The notes under the pieces were generated by a model. It saw only the letters and a list, made by a program, of their open reading frames with translations, did not search any database and was not told the DNA's origin. A program made the translations under genes and the position numbers. Shown piece after piece: positions 19,723 to 28,845 of a stretch of 64,000 nt of DNA. This DNA is from an uncultured Clostridia bacterium (lineage in GTDB: Bacteria; Bacillota; Clostridia; Christensenellales; UBA1242), in NCBI GenBank assembly GCA_944383275.1, contig CALWOV010000001.1, forward strand, positions 64,245 to 128,244, in the 5' to 3' direction. Every line of letters begins with the position of its first letter. Positions within the stretch are counted from its first letter, which is position 1.

Positions 19723-20316
19723 TTATATTTCTTTTCTATCTAAAATTGCTCTGCTTAAAGTAACTTCGTCAACATATTCAAGGTCTGAACCCAATGCAAC
19801 ACCTTGTGCAATTCTTGTAACCTTTACGCCAAGTGGTTTTAAAAGTTTTGCAATATACATTGCTGTTGCTTCGCCCTCGACCGTTGGACTTGTTGCCATT
19901 ATTACTTCTTCAACCTGATATTTAGAAATGCGTTCAAGTAATTCTTTAATACGAATTTCATCTGGTCCACGCCCTTCAAGTGGGCTTAAAAGCCCGTGAA
20001 GAACATGATATACCCCAGAAAAATCTCTTACTTTTTCAAGTGCTAAAATATCTTTTGGTTCTGCAACCACGCAAACTAATTTTTGATTACCTTTTGAACA
20101 AGTTGAACAAATATCTGAATCGGTATAATTTCCACAAATAGAGCAATATCTTACCCTGTTTTTTGCATCAATTATTGCATTAACAAAACTTTCGGCATCT
20201 GCTTTTTGCATATTAACAATTTTATATGCATAGCGAGAAGCAGTTTTCCTGCCAACCCCTGGAAGTCTTGTAAATTCATTTATCAACTTTTCTATTGGTT
20301 CAACAAAGTTCTTCAA
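19723..20316 (-). CDS. recR: Recombination protein RecR
   Basis: PIEKLINEFTRLPGVGRKTASRYAY helix-hairpin-helix, C4 zinc finger CSICGNYTDSDICSTC and a Toprim domain. TTG start directly after the ebfC stop. Confidence 0.95.
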   Translation of the reverse strand: MKNFVEPIEKLINEFTRLPGVGRKTASRYAYKIVNMQKADAESFVNAIIDAKNRVRYCSICGNYTDSDICSTCSKGNQKLVCVVAEPKDILALEKVRDFSGVYHVLHGLLSPLEGRGPDEIRIKELLERISKYQVEEVIMATSPTVEGEATAMYIAKLLKPLGVKVTRIAQGVALGSDLEYVDEVTLSRAILDRKEI

Positions 20317-20634
20317 CTAGAACATACCCCCTAGTTGTGGCATTGTGCTTGCAACCTTTTTATCTATTTGAGAGTTAACATCGTTTATCGCTGCAATAAT
20401 AAGGTCTTCAAGCATTTCAACATCTGAAGCATCTACAACTTCTGGTTTTATTTTTAGGGCTACAACTTCTCGTTTCCCATTCATTTTTACTTCAACCATT
20501 CCACCACCACTTGTTGCATTAAAAACACTTGCCTCAAGTTCTTCTCTGTCGCGTTGCATTTGCTCCTGCATTTTTTGTGCTTGCTTAATTAGTTGTTGCA
20601 TATTTGCACCACCAAATCCATTAAAACCTGCCAT
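20317..20634 (-). CDS. ebfC: Nucleoid-associated protein YbaB/EbfC
   Basis: NMQQLIKQAQKMQEQMQ...GGGMVEVKMNGKREVVALKI, the typical YbaB family pattern, in the conserved position between dnaX and recR. Confidence 0.9.
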   Translation of the reverse strand: MAGFNGFGGANMQQLIKQAQKMQEQMQRDREELEASVFNATSGGGMVEVKMNGKREVVALKIKPEVVDASDVEMLEDLIIAAINDVNSQIDKKVASTMPQLGGMF

Positions 20635-20648
20635 AATTTTGTTTCCTT

Positions 20649-22211
20649 TTATTTTATTATATTTACTTTTACGCCCAAAACCTTTTCAAGTTTTTCGACT
20701 GTATTATTTTCTTGAACTTCATCATTAGATTTAAGTTGAATTTCAACGCAATAAGTATAACCTAACTTTTTAAAACAATCAACTAAATCACTATAATTTT
20801 GTGGATTATTCAAAAACTTAAATTCACTTTCATTTGCTTTTATAACAAAGTTATTGCCTATAATTTGCACATCTGAAATTTCGGCACATAATGCGTGTAA
20901 GATAACTTGTTTTAAAACGCGCATTTTTACAAGCACTTTACCCCAAACCTGTTTAACATTGTTATTATTATTTATAATAGTATTGCTATCAAACACATTA
21001 TTTTCATCTATGGGGGTTAGCGCCTTGTTTTCATCTAATTTGTTTTCTAAATTAAGTTTAACAACCTTTTGTGTGTTTAAAGTGCTTGCACTTTGATTAA
21101 TATTTTCGTTTTTAATCAGTTTTTTTTTACTGTTAAAACATACTCCTATTGCTGTTGTTTCGACTAGTAGTTGTGGATTGGTTGCATATTTTAGCTCGCT
21201 TTCAATTTTAGAAAATGCTTGCAATGCTTCATTTATTATCGAACTGTCAAAGTTGTTTGCCTGTTCCTTTAACTTTTCAAAACTTTCTTTGGGCAATTCT
21301 ACAAGTTGCTCACTTTTTCCACAAGCCTTAACAACTAGCAAATCTCTGAAATACTTAGTTAAATCACAAGAAAGAGTTATTATGTTTTTACCAAGTTCAA
21401 CTTGTGCTGAAAGCAAACTGATAAAATCTTCTATATTAGAATTTAAAATAGCATTTGAAAGATTATACAAACAATTAAAATCACTTGCTCCAAGCACTTG
21501 CAAAACATCATTATATGTTATGTTGTTGCTTGAATAACTTGCACACATATCGGCAATAGACAAAGTGTCGCGCACACTTCCTTCCCCTGCTTTTGCAATA
21601 AGTGAAACGGCTTCGTCTTCTGCTTTTATATTTTCTTGTTTGAAAATATCTTTTAATAATTTTTTTAAATTTTCTTCACCCACCAATTTAAAATCGAACC
21701 TTAAAACTCTTGATAAAATAGTTGCTGGTAATTTATGTGGCTCGGTTGTTGCTAAAATAAATACTACATGTTTTGGTGGTTCTTCTAAAGTTTTTAAAAG
21801 TGCATTAAAGGCACTGTCGGTTAACATATGAACTTCATCGATGATATACACTTTATATTTTCCATTTACCGGTGGATATTTAACCTTTTCTCGCAAATCT
21901 CTTATTTCATCAACACGGTTATTACTTGCAGCATCGATTTCGATTATATCCATATTTGATGGCTCACTTATAGCACGACAAACTTCGCACTCGTTACAAG
22001 GAGAACTGTCTTTTGGGGTTAAGCAATTTATTGCTTTTGCGAATACTTTGGCAGCACTTGTTTTTCCAGTTCCACGACTTCCACAAAATAAGTAAGCGTG
22101 CCCCACTTGATTGTTTGCTATTTGATTTTTTAAAGTTTTTACAATATGGTCTTGCCCAATTATTTTATCAAATGTATCTGGTCTAAACTTTCTATATAAT
22201 GCTAGATACAT
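20649..22211 (-). CDS. dnaX: DNA polymerase III subunit gamma/tau
   Basis: LYRKFRP...GHAYLFCGSRGTGKTS Walker A, zinc module CNECEVC, IIDEVHMLT, SRVLRFDF. Start set at the ATG (MYLALY) behind GGGAGGG; it overlaps the sigH stop by 10 nt. Confidence 0.93.
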   Translation of the reverse strand: MYLALYRKFRPDTFDKIIGQDHIVKTLKNQIANNQVGHAYLFCGSRGTGKTSAAKVFAKAINCLTPKDSSPCNECEVCRAISEPSNMDIIEIDAASNNRVDEIRDLREKVKYPPVNGKYKVYIIDEVHMLTDSAFNALLKTLEEPPKHVVFILATTEPHKLPATILSRVLRFDFKLVGEENLKKLLKDIFKQENIKAEDEAVSLIAKAGEGSVRDTLSIADMCASYSSNNITYNDVLQVLGASDFNCLYNLSNAILNSNIEDFISLLSAQVELGKNIITLSCDLTKYFRDLLVVKACGKSEQLVELPKESFEKLKEQANNFDSSIINEALQAFSKIESELKYATNPQLLVETTAIGVCFNSKKKLIKNENINQSASTLNTQKVVKLNLENKLDENKALTPIDENNVFDSNTIINNNNNVKQVWGKVLVKMRVLKQVILHALCAEISDVQIIGNNFVIKANESEFKFLNNPQNYSDLVDCFKKLGYTYCVEIQLKSNDEVQENNTVEKLEKVLGVKVNIIK

Positions 22212-22828
22212 ACCTTTCCCTCCCAAAATGCACTTTGAAGTTTTTGTTTAAGTCTTGTTATTGCATTATCTATACTTTTATTATCTTTTTGCAACTTTTG
22301 TGCTATATCTAAATAGGAATAACCTTTTAAATAGAGTTTTAACACTTTATATTCAAAATCGCTTAATTGTTTTTTAACTGCATTAGTAATTTCAAGTTTT
22401 CGTTCTTGTTCAAAGAATTTTTCTTCTGGTGAAGGCTCGCCACTTGCAAGGAAAATTCCGTGTTCTTCATCGATTTCATCTTCATTTTCATTTCCAATAA
22501 GCAACATACCCTGATTTGAAATAGAAAGATAGGCATTTAGTGGGCTGTTTTTATTAGACAAACTTGACCTTACTGCTGACTGAACCTGATGTTTAATGCA
22601 ATGATAAGCATATGTTGAAAATTTGCTTTTATTATTCTCTTTGTAATTTTGAATTGCTTTATATAAACCAATCATACCTTCTTGTATAAGGTCATCAGTG
22701 TCGCCCCCTATTAAAAAATACCCTCTTGCAATACCACTAACTATTGGTTTATATTTATCAATTAGCGTTTCTAAACTTGTTTCATTTCCAGCACGCGCTT
22801 GATTTAATAGGACTAAATCTTCACTCAT
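22202..22828 (-). CDS. sigH: RNA polymerase sigma factor SigH (early sporulation / stationary phase)
   Basis: YFLIGGDTDDLIQEGMIGLYKAIQNYKE and KSIDNAITRLKQKLQ closely parallel B. subtilis SigH (YFLIGADREDIVQEGMIGLYKSIRDFKE, KSIDNALQRVKRKLE). The Bacillus-like neighbourhood mrnC-rlmB-...-sigH is also present. Confidence 0.85.
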   Translation of the reverse strand: MSEDLVLLNQARAGNETSLETLIDKYKPIVSGIARGYFLIGGDTDDLIQEGMIGLYKAIQNYKENNKSKFSTYAYHCIKHQVQSAVRSSLSNKNSPLNAYLSISNQGMLLIGNENEDEIDEEHGIFLASGEPSPEEKFFEQERKLEITNAVKKQLSDFEYKVLKLYLKGYSYLDIAQKLQKDNKSIDNAITRLKQKLQSAFWEGKVCI

Positions 22829-23556
22829 TAAAACTTTCTCCTTTGCCTTAACGCTTCAAAAACAGCAACCCCACAAGCCACGCTTGCATTTAACGAGTTT
22901 ACTTTTCCAAACATTGGTAAAGTTAAAACACCATCACAACGCTTTTTGGTTAACTGTGAAATTCCATATCCTTCACTGCCTATTATAAGCCCTAAAGAAC
23001 CTGTTAGGTTTTGTTTATAGAAATCTGTTCCACCAAGTTCCACTGCGTATATCCACATACCTTGATTTTTAAGTTCATCTATTACTTGATTTAAGTTTGT
23101 AACTTTTGCAATTTTAATATGAGATAATGCACCTGCACTAGTTTTTGCAACCGTTTCATTAACCTGACAAGCACGATGTTTTGGTATAATTACACCGTGA
23201 ACACCAGCACATTCGCATACACGAATTATACTACCTAAATTATGTGGGTCTTCAACGCCATCAAGAATAACTACAAATGGTTGCTCTCCTTTTTGCTGAG
23301 CCAACTGTAAAATTTCATCTACACTTGAATATTGAAAATCTTCCGTTTCAGCAACAAAACCTTGATGACTGCCATTTGAACTTAATTTATCTAGCACATT
23401 ACGATTTACAAATTCTATTTTTACGCCCTTTTTCTTTGCAAGATTAATTACAGGATTTCTAGTATCGTTTTTCAAATTCATTGCAACCATAAGTTTATAA
23501 ACAGCCTTATCTGCTTCCATTGTTTCTATTATTGCATTTTTTCCATAAATAATCAT
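22828..23556 (-). CDS. rlmB: 23S rRNA (guanosine-2'-O)-methyltransferase RlmB (SpoU/TrmH family)
   Basis: ILDGVEDPHNLGSIIRVCECAGV, LIIGSEGYGIS and LNASVACGVAVFE are SpoU methylase motifs. The gene is syntenic with yacO of Bacillus. Confidence 0.85.
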   Translation of the reverse strand: MIIYGKNAIIETMEADKAVYKLMVAMNLKNDTRNPVINLAKKKGVKIEFVNRNVLDKLSSNGSHQGFVAETEDFQYSSVDEILQLAQQKGEQPFVVILDGVEDPHNLGSIIRVCECAGVHGVIIPKHRACQVNETVAKTSAGALSHIKIAKVTNLNQVIDELKNQGMWIYAVELGGTDFYKQNLTGSLGLIIGSEGYGISQLTKKRCDGVLTLPMFGKVNSLNASVACGVAVFEALRQRRKF

Positions 23557-23957
23557 ATTTCACCTTCAAGTGCTAAATTTATAATTTCATCTAATCTATC
23601 AAAATTTTTAGTTAAATATAAATAACCAAGCAATGCTTCAAATGCTGTTGCTTTTTTATAATCTGAAAGTTTAGCATTTTTGCTTTTACTTAAAGTATGA
23701 GTGTTCCTAGCTCGCCTTACAACATTTTCTTCTGTTTCATTAAGAAAAGGTGAAATTTTTGTAAGTAATTTGCACTGCGTTTCGGCTTTTACCAAACTTG
23801 TTGCTTTTTTATGAGACTTACCTGACTTTGCGTGATAATCTAGAACTTTTAAGCGTGCTACCAATGTAAAAAAAGCATCTCCTATAAAAGCCAAAGAAGT
23901 TGATGGCATATTAAACACTTCTTGATTATCAACTGTTTTAACATCTATTGATTTCAT
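23553..23957 (-). CDS. mrnC: Mini-ribonuclease 3
   Basis: LAFIGDAFFTLVARLKV...NAK...ATAFEALLGYLYL, an RNase III-like catalytic signature. About 134 aa, directly upstream of rlmB as in Bacillus yazC. Confidence 0.8.
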   Translation of the reverse strand: MKSIDVKTVDNQEVFNMPSTSLAFIGDAFFTLVARLKVLDYHAKSGKSHKKATSLVKAETQCKLLTKISPFLNETEENVVRRARNTHTLSKSKNAKLSDYKKATAFEALLGYLYLTKNFDRLDEIINLALEGEI

Positions 23958-23964
23958 AAATTAA

Positions 23965-23993
23965 ATTATAACACAATTTAATAAAGAAAACAA
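23965..23993 (-). promoter_or_regulatory. Extended -10 promoter abutting the mrnC start codon (possible leaderless transcript)
   Basis: The minus strand reads TTGTTT-N17-(TGt)TATAAT-TTAATTT-ATG. Only 7 nt separate the -10 element from the ATG and there is no Shine-Dalgarno sequence. Confidence 0.4.
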
Positions 23994-24066
23994 CTTTTAT
24001 TTAAAACTAAATATTAATTAACCATTACATATAATTAAAAAAAGTTTACTTTAAAATAAACTTTTA

Positions 24067-24768
24067 TTAAAAATCAACTAAATCAAAATAACTAACTATT
24101 CCACAAAAAATTTGATATGCTACTTTTTGTTGATAATCATCTGTAATTAACAGTTGTTCTTCTTCTGGATTAGATAAAAAACCACATTCAACAAGTATTC
24201 CCGGTTTTTTAGTGCAAGTTAAAATATAGAAATCACCTTCAAAACACTCGGTTCTTGAATTTTCTAGATTTTTTGCGAATAGATTTTGCATTTTTTCGGC
24301 TAATTCCTTACTTATTTCACTGTTAGGCTTATAGTAAACCTGAGCACCTTTTGAAGTTGAACTTGTAAAAGAATTAAGATGAATACTTACAACAAGGTCT
24401 GGATTGGCTTCTTCTATGATGGCTTTTCTTGCTTTCATATCTCGCATTTTAAACCCACTTGCAAAAGCACCATAAAGACCATCTTCTGTTGTTCTTGTTT
24501 GAACAACTTCTATGTTTAAAGTTTTTAATAAACTTTCAACTTTTTTGCTGATTGAAAGATTTATATCTCGTTCAAAAACTCCTGTAACTTTTCCTTGACT
24601 TCCCCCATCTATTCCACCATGACCTGCATCAAGCACAACACAAAATGTTTGAGATGGCTTTGCTGAAACTAAGGCTTTATTTGAAAAATAAATTCCAAAC
24701 ACAAGCCCTAAGCCTAAAACTATACATAAAAATTTTGCAATAGTTGATTTTTTTATTACACAAAACAT
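24067..24768 (-). CDS. cwlD: N-acetylmuramoyl-L-alanine amidase, CwlD-like (Amidase_3)
   Basis: N-terminal TM anchor, VVLDAGHGGIDGG, VSIHLNS and LVECGFLSNPEEE motifs. Size and architecture resemble the germination-specific amidase CwlD. Start moved to the ATG (MFCVIKK) behind GGAG. Confidence 0.65.
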   Translation of the reverse strand: MFCVIKKSTIAKFLCIVLGLGLVFGIYFSNKALVSAKPSQTFCVVLDAGHGGIDGGSQGKVTGVFERDINLSISKKVESLLKTLNIEVVQTRTTEDGLYGAFASGFKMRDMKARKAIIEEANPDLVVSIHLNSFTSSTSKGAQVYYKPNSEISKELAEKMQNLFAKNLENSRTECFEGDFYILTCTKKPGILVECGFLSNPEEEQLLITDDYQQKVAYQIFCGIVSYFDLVDF

Positions 24769-24814
24769 ATTTTTCTCCAATAGAAAACTATATGCAATAA
24801 AAAATTAAACTATG

Positions 24815-24847
24815 AAAAAAATAACAAGAGTCTTCTTGTTATTTTTA
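24815..24847 (-). terminator. Terminator after the 588-aa gene
   Basis: ATAACAAG/CTTGTTAT stem (24821-24828 / 24835-24842) followed on the minus strand by ATTTTTTC. Confidence 0.6.
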
Positions 24848-24887
24848 ACTTCAATTAAAATTTTAAATAATAATCTTAAAATTATAA

Positions 24888-26654
24888 TTATTCATCGCCT
24901 ATTTGCCTTACTTTAATTGTTCCTGAATTTGAAATGAATGATACACTGTTAATTGCACTTCCACCCAAATATTCAAATGAACCTATTTTTATATCGGCAT
25001 CATCTTGGTCTGGTTGCTTTCCACCAAATTTAATATCAACATTTTTATTCGATTGCCAATTTAAAGTGAAGGCGTTTGTTGCAGGAAGAACAGCAGTTAA
25101 ACTTCCAGAATTAGTGGTTATGTTTGATGCACCATTCACTTCTAAAAATCTTGCCGTAATTCTAGCGTTGCCATTATCTTTGATATTAAAATTAACTGTG
25201 CCTTTTATATTATTTATTTCAACTACGCTTGAATTAGCATTTATATCTGTTCTAAAGTTTTCAGCATTTAAAGAATTGTAAGATAATTCAGCATTCCAAT
25301 TAAGTAAAACTTGTCCACTATTAGTTTCAACTGCTACAGTTTTATAAACATCATTTAAAGTTATTCTTCCTTGGTTCGTTTCTACCCTTATTCTATCTAA
25401 TGTTTTGCCTATACTTACTTCACCATTATTGGTTATAACTGTTCCAACACCATTAACTTCATCTATTCTTACATAGCCATTTCCATTATTTGTATAAAGA
25501 GTTGTGCCAATTTTATCTATATTAACAGAACAACTTTCACTTCTTATATAAACACTTTGAGAAACATCTCCTATATTTAAATATCCACCTTGTGCGTTTA
25601 TTGTTAAAGCACCATAAAGATTATCCCAACGCATTTCACTGTTTGTAGCATTTATATTTAAAGACACTTTATTATTTTCTGAGCCAATATTATTTAAAAA
25701 TATCTTACCTAAACCACCAACGATTTCTATATAAACATTACAATTTAAATCTTTTGAAGCCTCGACATCCCCTGATGTTTTTTCTATATTAACATTTCTA
25801 TTAAAATTTGCATTTCTTAATTTAACCTGTCCTGAACCATTAGAAATATCTATGGAATTAATATTTATTTCTTTTTCAATATCTGTTGCTTTTGCATCGT
25901 TATAATCAGAAGTTGCTTTGTCTAAATCTTCTTGTAAATTTTGTTGTTTTTTTATTGCACTATTTAATTCTTTTTGAGCCTGTTTTATAGCTGTAGTTGA
26001 AACTGCTTGGTCTAATTTTTTCTGTGCATCTTCTACTGCTTTAGTTGCTGCATCAAATTCTTTTTGTGTTGCGCTTAATTTGTCATATGCTTCTTCTGCT
26101 TCAACAACTGCACCTAAATAAGCACTTCCACTGTTGGAAATAAATTCAAAATTTATATCGCTTAAATCATCTTTACTAACAACAATTTCTATTAAAGCGT
26201 TTGAATGATACAACCAACCATCTGGTTCTTGCATTTCCATTTTTAAAATAGTTTCACCGTTTTCTTCAATAAATTCTCTTGTGAAACTAAAGTTTCTAAT
26301 TTCTCCCCACGCAAAACCAGTTACACTGCTTGTTACCATAACACGCATAATTGGATTTCCTTCTGGAGTTATTAAAGATGCTTCGGCATCTTTACCTGAT
26401 GTTTTTAACGGTCTTACCACAACACTGTAGCCTTTTGTTACTACCCTTACTGTGCTTGTTTCTTTCCATTCTGCAGATGCAGAATATTCAAGTTCAAATG
26501 CCAATTTAGAGTCTTGAGAAAGCGCAATATAGTGAAGTCCAAACAAAGTAAAGCCAGGGAAAAGCACCATTACACCTGCCAAGATTACACAAAGACCAAG
26601 TGCAATTAATAATATTACAATTAAATATTTGAAAATATTTCCAATTATAGACAT
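24888..26654 (-). CDS. Membrane-anchored DUF4097-like beta-repeat (putative adhesin) protein with a central coiled coil
   Basis: N-terminal TM. A/K/Q-rich coiled segment (KEFDAATKAVEDAQKKLDQAV...). Repeated short strands ending in SG.V/NG.V (SGQVKLRN, NGEVSIG, QGRITLND, SGQVLLNW, SGSLTAV, SGTIKV), typical of DUF4097/LiaG-like repeats. Confidence 0.5.
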   Translation of the reverse strand: MSIIGNIFKYLIVILLIALGLCVILAGVMVLFPGFTLFGLHYIALSQDSKLAFELEYSASAEWKETSTVRVVTKGYSVVVRPLKTSGKDAEASLITPEGNPIMRVMVTSSVTGFAWGEIRNFSFTREFIEENGETILKMEMQEPDGWLYHSNALIEIVVSKDDLSDINFEFISNSGSAYLGAVVEAEEAYDKLSATQKEFDAATKAVEDAQKKLDQAVSTTAIKQAQKELNSAIKKQQNLQEDLDKATSDYNDAKATDIEKEININSIDISNGSGQVKLRNANFNRNVNIEKTSGDVEASKDLNCNVYIEIVGGLGKIFLNNIGSENNKVSLNINATNSEMRWDNLYGALTINAQGGYLNIGDVSQSVYIRSESCSVNIDKIGTTLYTNNGNGYVRIDEVNGVGTVITNNGEVSIGKTLDRIRVETNQGRITLNDVYKTVAVETNSGQVLLNWNAELSYNSLNAENFRTDINANSSVVEINNIKGTVNFNIKDNGNARITARFLEVNGASNITTNSGSLTAVLPATNAFTLNWQSNKNVDIKFGGKQPDQDDADIKIGSFEYLGGSAINSVSFISNSGTIKVRQIGDE

Positions 26655-26769
26655 AATTCACCTTTATTATGTTATTAAGTTAATTATATTAAATAAAAAA
26701 AATCTAGTCAAGAATTTAAATAACTATTTTAATTCATCATCTTGTCTAGATTTTAACTTTTATTTAATT

Positions 26770-28575
26770 TTATTCAAGTGTTGCTTTTATTCTTCTTACA
26801 CCACTACTGCTGCTTTCTTCTTTTTGAATTACAAATTTTCCAAGTTCGCCTGTTCGTTTTGCATGTGGACCACCACATATTTCTTTGCTGAAATTCCCCA
26901 TTGTATAAACAGTTACTTTATCGCCATATTTGTTATCAAAAATTCCAATAGCACCACTATTCTTTGCAGTTTGTGGGTCTGTTTCTTCACAAGTTATTTC
27001 AACATCTGCTTTAATTGCTTCATTTACAAAATCTTGAACTTTCGAAAGTTCTTCTGGTGTTAATTTATGGTCGCAAGCAAAATCAAACCTTAATCTTTCT
27101 GGCGTGATATTACTTCCACGCTGTTCAGCATAATCACCCACAACTTTTCTTAATGCAGCGTGCAAAAGATGGGTTGCGCTGTGTAATCTTGCAACTTTAA
27201 TTTTATCTTCATCGCTTTGAGTTTCTGCAACACCACCTCGGAACATTGCACCTGAATTATCTCTTGATTTTTGTTGATGTTCACTGAACGCTTCTTCAAA
27301 GCCTAACTTATCAACAATTATACCTTTTTCTTTTGCAAGTTCTTCTGTAAGTTCAAATGGAAAACCAAAAGTATCGAACAATCTAAAAGCGACACGGCCA
27401 TCAATTATATCACCTTGTTTTAAAGTTTTTATAACTCGATTAAACTCTTTTAGTCCACCTTCAATGGCTTTATCAAATTTTGAAATTTCTGTTTCTAATT
27501 CGGTAATAATAAAATTTTGTTTAACCCAAAGATTATTAAATTCTTCTTTATAGAAATTTATAAAACACATTGCAATATTGCTTAAACATTTTGCATCAAT
27601 TCCTAAATTTCTTGCACTGTTAACTGCTCGTCTTATTAATCTTCGCAAAATATAACCTTGCCCAACATTACTTGGAGTTGTTGGTTTTTCATCACCAAGC
27701 AAAAACACACTTGCCCTTATATGGTCACAAATAACTGCAAAACTTTTTGCGTCTTTGTTTTCAAAATCAAATTTTTTACCACTTAATTTTTCAAGTTGAT
27801 TTATTGCATCTTCAAAGCAATCATTTTGATAAGTAGATTTATATCCATTAAGCACACTTACCACGCGTTCCATACCCATTCCTGTATCAACATTTTGCTT
27901 TGGAAGTTTTGTTAAAGGAGCACCAGCAGTTTCTATGTTAAATTCCATAAAAACATTATTCCATATTTCAACCCATTTCCCACAATCACATGATGGGTTA
28001 CAATTCTTTGAACAAGAAGGTTTACCTGTATCATAAAAAATTTCGGTATCAGGCCCACAAGGACCAATTCCACTTCCCATTTCCCACCAATTATCTTTTT
28101 TAGGGAAAAAGAAGATTTTGTTTTTATCAAGCCCACATTCTTCCCATATTTTTGCGCTGGTTTCATCACGAGGAATGCCTTCGCCACCCTCGTAAACTGT
28201 TACGGCAAGTTTTTCTTTTGGAATGTTTAACCATTTTTCGCTTGTTAAAAATTCCCAACTCCATTTAATTGCATCTTCTTTAAAATAATCACCCAAACTC
28301 CAGTTACCAAGCATAAAAAAGAATGTGTGATGACGGTTGTCGCCAACTTCTTCAATATCATTTGTTCTTAAACATGGTTGAATACTGAAAAGTTTTGTGC
28401 CTTGTGGGTGTGGCTTTCCTGTTAAATATGGAACAAGTGGTTGCATACCTGCAGTTGTAAAAAGAACTGTGTGGTCTTGTGGAATTAATGATGCACCTTT
28501 TATTTGTTTATGATTTTTTTCTGTCCAAAAATCGCACCACATTTTCATAAGTTTTTTAGAAGTTAAATCTTTCAT
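26770..28575 (-). CDS. alaS: Alanine--tRNA ligase, unusually short form (601 aa)
   Basis: Class II AlaRS core (FTTAGMQPLVPYL, HHTFFFMLGNWSLGDYFK, GPCGPDTEIFYD, VDTGMGMERV, GYILRRLIRRA). Editing-site motifs HSATHLLH and CGGPH are present. The ORF ends about 30 aa after CGGPH. Confidence 0.9.
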   Translation of the reverse strand: MKDLTSKKLMKMWCDFWTEKNHKQIKGASLIPQDHTVLFTTAGMQPLVPYLTGKPHPQGTKLFSIQPCLRTNDIEEVGDNRHHTFFFMLGNWSLGDYFKEDAIKWSWEFLTSEKWLNIPKEKLAVTVYEGGEGIPRDETSAKIWEECGLDKNKIFFFPKKDNWWEMGSGIGPCGPDTEIFYDTGKPSCSKNCNPSCDCGKWVEIWNNVFMEFNIETAGAPLTKLPKQNVDTGMGMERVVSVLNGYKSTYQNDCFEDAINQLEKLSGKKFDFENKDAKSFAVICDHIRASVFLLGDEKPTTPSNVGQGYILRRLIRRAVNSARNLGIDAKCLSNIAMCFINFYKEEFNNLWVKQNFIITELETEISKFDKAIEGGLKEFNRVIKTLKQGDIIDGRVAFRLFDTFGFPFELTEELAKEKGIIVDKLGFEEAFSEHQQKSRDNSGAMFRGGVAETQSDEDKIKVARLHSATHLLHAALRKVVGDYAEQRGSNITPERLRFDFACDHKLTPEELSKVQDFVNEAIKADVEITCEETDPQTAKNSGAIGIFDNKYGDKVTVYTMGNFSKEICGGPHAKRTGELGKFVIQKEESSSSGVRRIKATLE

Positions 28576-28845
28576 AATATCCTCGAAAAAATAATTTAAT
28601 TTTAAAATAAATTTTAATTAAGTTATTATGTGTTTCAATTTTAATAATGATTATTAATTATACATATTAAGATTGTTTAAATATTTTTAAATCACTATTA
28701 TAATAAAAAATTGCTTTTTAAAACTAAATTAAAATTTACTTAAAATTTGTTCTGCATTATATTCTATAACTTTTTAATAACTTTTTCAAGAATTTACAAT
28801 AAAATAATAAAAAAATTTAAAAATTTAACGATTTTTTACTGCATT

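Noticed and set aside
26629-27063. 144-aa plus-strand ORF antisense to the alaS 3' end
   Set aside because: It overlaps the well-supported alaS gene and the start of the DUF4097 gene. Its composition is F/Y/C/N-rich nonsense.
28576-28845. T-box leader upstream of alaS
   Set aside because: The conserved T-box core (…GGTGGTACCGCG…, or its reverse complement) and any GC-containing specifier or antiterminator stems are absent. The spacer is almost pure A/T.
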